Below, one piece after another: positions 60,451 to 64,000 of a DNA stretch of 64,000 nucleotides (the first letter of the stretch is position 1; each line of letters opens with the position of its first letter). Source of the DNA: Desulfobacterales bacterium (GTDB lineage Bacteria; Desulfobacterota; Desulfobacteria; Desulfobacterales; UBA2174); assembly GCA_963668645.2 (NCBI GenBank), contig CAXXWC010000013.1:128001-192000 (forward strand). The letters are read 5' to 3'. The notes under the pieces are model-generated. The model saw only the letters and a program-made list of their open reading frames with translations, had not been told where the DNA came from and did not search any database. The position numbers were made by a program, and so were the translations under genes.

Positions 60451-61107
60451 TCAATACTTGCTGTGGCGTACGATTTCCCCTTCGATCAGATAAATGACCT
60501 CTTCGGCGATGTTGGTCGCATGATCCGCGATCCGTTCCAGGTGCCGTGAAATCAGATAATAGTTGAGCAGGGACTTTATCGCGTCGGGTTTCTGGGCGAT
60601 TTTTTCGCAGGTCTGCTGGTAGGCCTGGCGGTGCATGGTGTCCACTTCGTCGTCCTGCATCACGATCTTGAAGGAAAGATCCACGTCCAGGTTGACCAGG
60701 GCGTCGAGACTGCGCTTGAGCATCTGTTCGACCTTGGTGAACATCGTGGCATAGTCGAAACGGAATCCGGGGTCCTGGCGCTTGGCGATGGAGATTACCC
60801 GCTCGGCGATATTCATGGCCTCGTCGGCGATGCGCTCCAGGTCGTTGTTGATCTTGATCACGGCGATCAGAAAGCGCAGATCCACCGCCACCGGCTGGTG
60901 CAGGGCGAGGATCTTGAGGCAGTCCTCCTCGATTTCGACCTCCATCTCGTCGATTTCCCAGTCGGTTTCCACGAGCCGGGCGGCCAGTTGGGCGTCGATC
61001 TGGGTGATGGCCTGGCCGGCCATGCGCACCCGGTCTTCGACCATGGCGCCCAGGGAGAGTATCTGTTTCTTGATTTTTTCCAGTTCTTTTTGAAGATGCC
61101 TGGCCAT
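60451..61107 (-). CDS. phoU: Phosphate transport regulator PhoU
   Basis: QPVAVDLR, DLERIAD, LERIADHATNIAEEVIY. Confidence 0.96.
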   Translation of the reverse strand: MARHLQKELEKIKKQILSLGAMVEDRVRMAGQAITQIDAQLAARLVETDWEIDEMEVEIEEDCLKILALHQPVAVDLRFLIAVIKINNDLERIADEAMNIAERVISIAKRQDPGFRFDYATMFTKVEQMLKRSLDALVNLDVDLSFKIVMQDDEVDTMHRQAYQQTCEKIAQKPDAIKSLLNYYLISRHLERIADHATNIAEEVIYLIEGEIVRHSKY

Positions 61108-61121
61108 ACCGTCTCCTTGAA

Positions 61122-61883
61122 TCAACCGAAGCGCCCGGTGATGTAGTCCTCGGTCTGCTTGAGCGAGGGGCGGGTAAAGAGGGTGTCGGTGTCGTCCACC
61201 TCGATGAGTTTGCCCATATAGAAAAAGGCCGTCACGTCGGAAACCCGGGCCGCCTGTTGCATGTTGTGGGTCACGATGATGATGGTGTAGCGCTCTTTGA
61301 GTTGATGAATCAGATCTTCGATCTTTTGGGTGGCGATGGGGTCCAGGGCCGATGCCGGCTCGTCCATGAGCAGGATTTCAGGCTCCACGGCCAGGGCCCG
61401 GGCGATGCAGAGCCGCTGCTGCTGGCCGCCGGAAAGCCCCAGGGCCGAATCGTCCAGGCGGTCCTTGACCTCGTCCCAGATGGCTGCCTGGCGCAGGCTC
61501 TGCTCCACACGCTCCTTGATCAAGGCGTTGTTGCGCACCCCGTTGACCCGCAGGCCGTAAGCCACGTTTTCGAATATGGATTTGGGAAAAGGGTTGGGCT
61601 TTTGGAACACCATCCCGACCCGCCGCCGCAGCAGCACGACGTCCAGGTTGGGGGCATAAATGTCGTCATGGTCGAGAAGAATCATGCCTTCCACGCGGCT
61701 GATGGGGATCAGGTCGTTCATGCGGTTCAGGCAGCGCAAAAAAGTGCTCTTGCCGCAGCCCGAAGGCCCGATCAGGGCCGTGACCTGGTTGACCTGGAAT
61801 TGGAGATTGATGTTGTCCAGGGCCTTGAAGGCGCCGTAGAAAAAATTCAGGTTTTCGGCTTTCATTTTTATGGCAGCGGCCAT
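61122..61883 (-). CDS. pstB: Phosphate ABC transporter ATPase
   Basis: [35 protein letters not shown]. Confidence 0.97.
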   Translation of the reverse strand: MAAAIKMKAENLNFFYGAFKALDNINLQFQVNQVTALIGPSGCGKSTFLRCLNRMNDLIPISRVEGMILLDHDDIYAPNLDVVLLRRRVGMVFQKPNPFPKSIFENVAYGLRVNGVRNNALIKERVEQSLRQAAIWDEVKDRLDDSALGLSGGQQQRLCIARALAVEPEILLMDEPASALDPIATQKIEDLIHQLKERYTIIIVTHNMQQAARVSDVTAFFYMGKLIEVDDTDTLFTRPSLKQTEDYITGRFG

Positions 61884-61919
61884 GTTGAATTTCCTCGTGA
61901 AAAGTATCGACTTGGTCCG

Positions 61920-62873
<954 letters not shown>

Positions 62874-62892
62874 TTCTTCCTTCATTATATGA

Positions 62893-63786
62893 TTACAGAG
62901 ACGCTTCGCCCACCTGCCGGTAGCGGTTGGAGATGTAATCGGCAATCAGGTTGAAGGCCATGGTGAAGACGAAAAGAACGATGCCGATGGCAAACAGGGC
63001 GTAGTAGTGCTCGCTGCCCACCGGGGCCTCGGCCATCTCGGCGGCGATGGAAGCCGGCATGGGCCGCACCGGATCGAAGATCGAGCCGGGCACCATGGCC
63101 GCGCCGCCCGCCACCATCAGCACCACCATGGTTTCCCCGACGGCCCTGGACATGCCCAGAATCACCGCGGTGCAGATCCCGGAGATCGAGGCCGGCAAGA
63201 TGACCCGGATGATGGTCTCCAGGTGAGTGGCGCCCAAGGCCAGCGAAGCTTCCTTGAGGGCCGTGGGCACGCTGTGCAGCGCGTCTTCCGAGATGCTGCA
63301 AATGGTCGGAATCGACATGAAGGCCAGCATGAGTGCGGCATTGAAAAGATTCAGACCCGTGAGCAGGCCGAAGGTCTCCTGAAGCCAGGGCGCCACCAGG
63401 ACCATGCCGAAAAAGCCGATCACCACCGAAGGCAGCGCCGCGAGCAGCTCCACCACCGGCTTGACGAATTCGGCCAGGCGCGGCGAGGCGATTTCGGCAA
63501 GATAGATGGCCGTCATGATCCCCAGGGGGATCGATATCATGGCCGACAAGCCGGTAACGGCCAGTGAGGCCACGATGAGGGACAGGATGCCGTAATCGGC
63601 CGGATCTGAGGTGGGATACCAGAATTGGCCGAAGAGAAAATCCTTTACCGACACGGTATGGAAAATCGGCAAGCCTTCACGGAACAAAAAGAGCATGATC
63701 AGCGCCAGGATGGTGATCGAGGCCGAGGCGATGACGAAAAAGAGAATCTTCATCGCCTGTTCGGTGGTCTGACGTCTGCCGGCCAT
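62893..63786 (-). CDS. pstC: Phosphate ABC transporter permease
   Basis: ELLAALPSVVIG, EASLALGAT, RAVGETM. Confidence 0.95.
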   Translation of the reverse strand: MAGRRQTTEQAMKILFFVIASASITILALIMLFLFREGLPIFHTVSVKDFLFGQFWYPTSDPADYGILSLIVASLAVTGLSAMISIPLGIMTAIYLAEIASPRLAEFVKPVVELLAALPSVVIGFFGMVLVAPWLQETFGLLTGLNLFNAALMLAFMSIPTICSISEDALHSVPTALKEASLALGATHLETIIRVILPASISGICTAVILGMSRAVGETMVVLMVAGGAAMVPGSIFDPVRPMPASIAAEMAEAPVGSEHYYALFAIGIVLFVFTMAFNLIADYISNRYRQVGEASL

Positions 63787-63809
63787 TTAGATAACCTCTT
63801 TTACGATGG

Positions 63810-63857
63810 CAAAAGTCCCTTCCGCCGTCGTTGATGATGGTGCGGAAGGGACTTTGG
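63810..63857 (-). promoter_or_regulatory. Intercistronic stem-loop between pstS and pstC
   Basis: aaagtcccttccgc...gcggaagggacttt. Confidence 0.65.
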
Positions 63858-63908
63858 ACGGAATCATTGGGAAAAGACGGTGTTTTGCCGTCCGGGTGCA
63901 GTCCTTTG

Positions 63909-64000
63909 CTAGTAGAGACGCACGTAACCGGAGGCGGCGACCTCCTCCTGGCCCAGTTTGGGGTTCAACACGAAGTTGATAAAATCCAGGGTCTTGCCGG
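63909..64000 (-). CDS. pstS: C-terminus of phosphate-binding protein (truncated by window edge)
   Basis: Translates as GKTLDFINFVLNPKLGQEEVAASGYVRLY*; directly upstream of pstC. Confidence 0.8.
   Translation of the reverse strand, partial: GKTLDFINFVLNPKLGQEEVAASGYVRLY

Overview
GC-rich bacterial chromosomal segment; gene content and style suggest a Desulfobacterota (deltaproteobacterial) genome, which is an inference. 1-9.4 kb is a chromosomal integron: intI on +, three cassettes on -, one intact attC, one attC split by an IS4-family element, and one attC invaded by a class C group II intron whose RT is itself split by an ISNCY-type IS. intI overlaps a CI/LexA-like S24 repressor gene. 10-16 kb is a signalling island (binding protein plus two hybrid kinases) bracketed by a 244-bp duplication of the 3' end of an lgt-like gene. 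16-20.7 kb is a coupled three-gene operon (GS/GCS-fold ligase-like protein, phosphatidylserine decarboxylase, Lgt-like protein), possibly an unknown lipid-modification pathway. 20.8-42.6 kb is mostly housekeeping and regulatory: recD2, a sigma54 TauE operon with its two-component system, ahcY-methyltransferase-metK, MFS, uppP, rtcB/archease and two moeA. 43-58 kb holds a PAS-kinase/LuxR cascade followed by a curli/holdfast-anchor-like operon (small secreted protein, CsgG/HfaB lipoprotein, 2458-aa repeat protein, peptidoglycan-binding protein). The window ends with rhlB and pstSCAB-phoU. All family calls are from motif recognition by eye; no searches were run.
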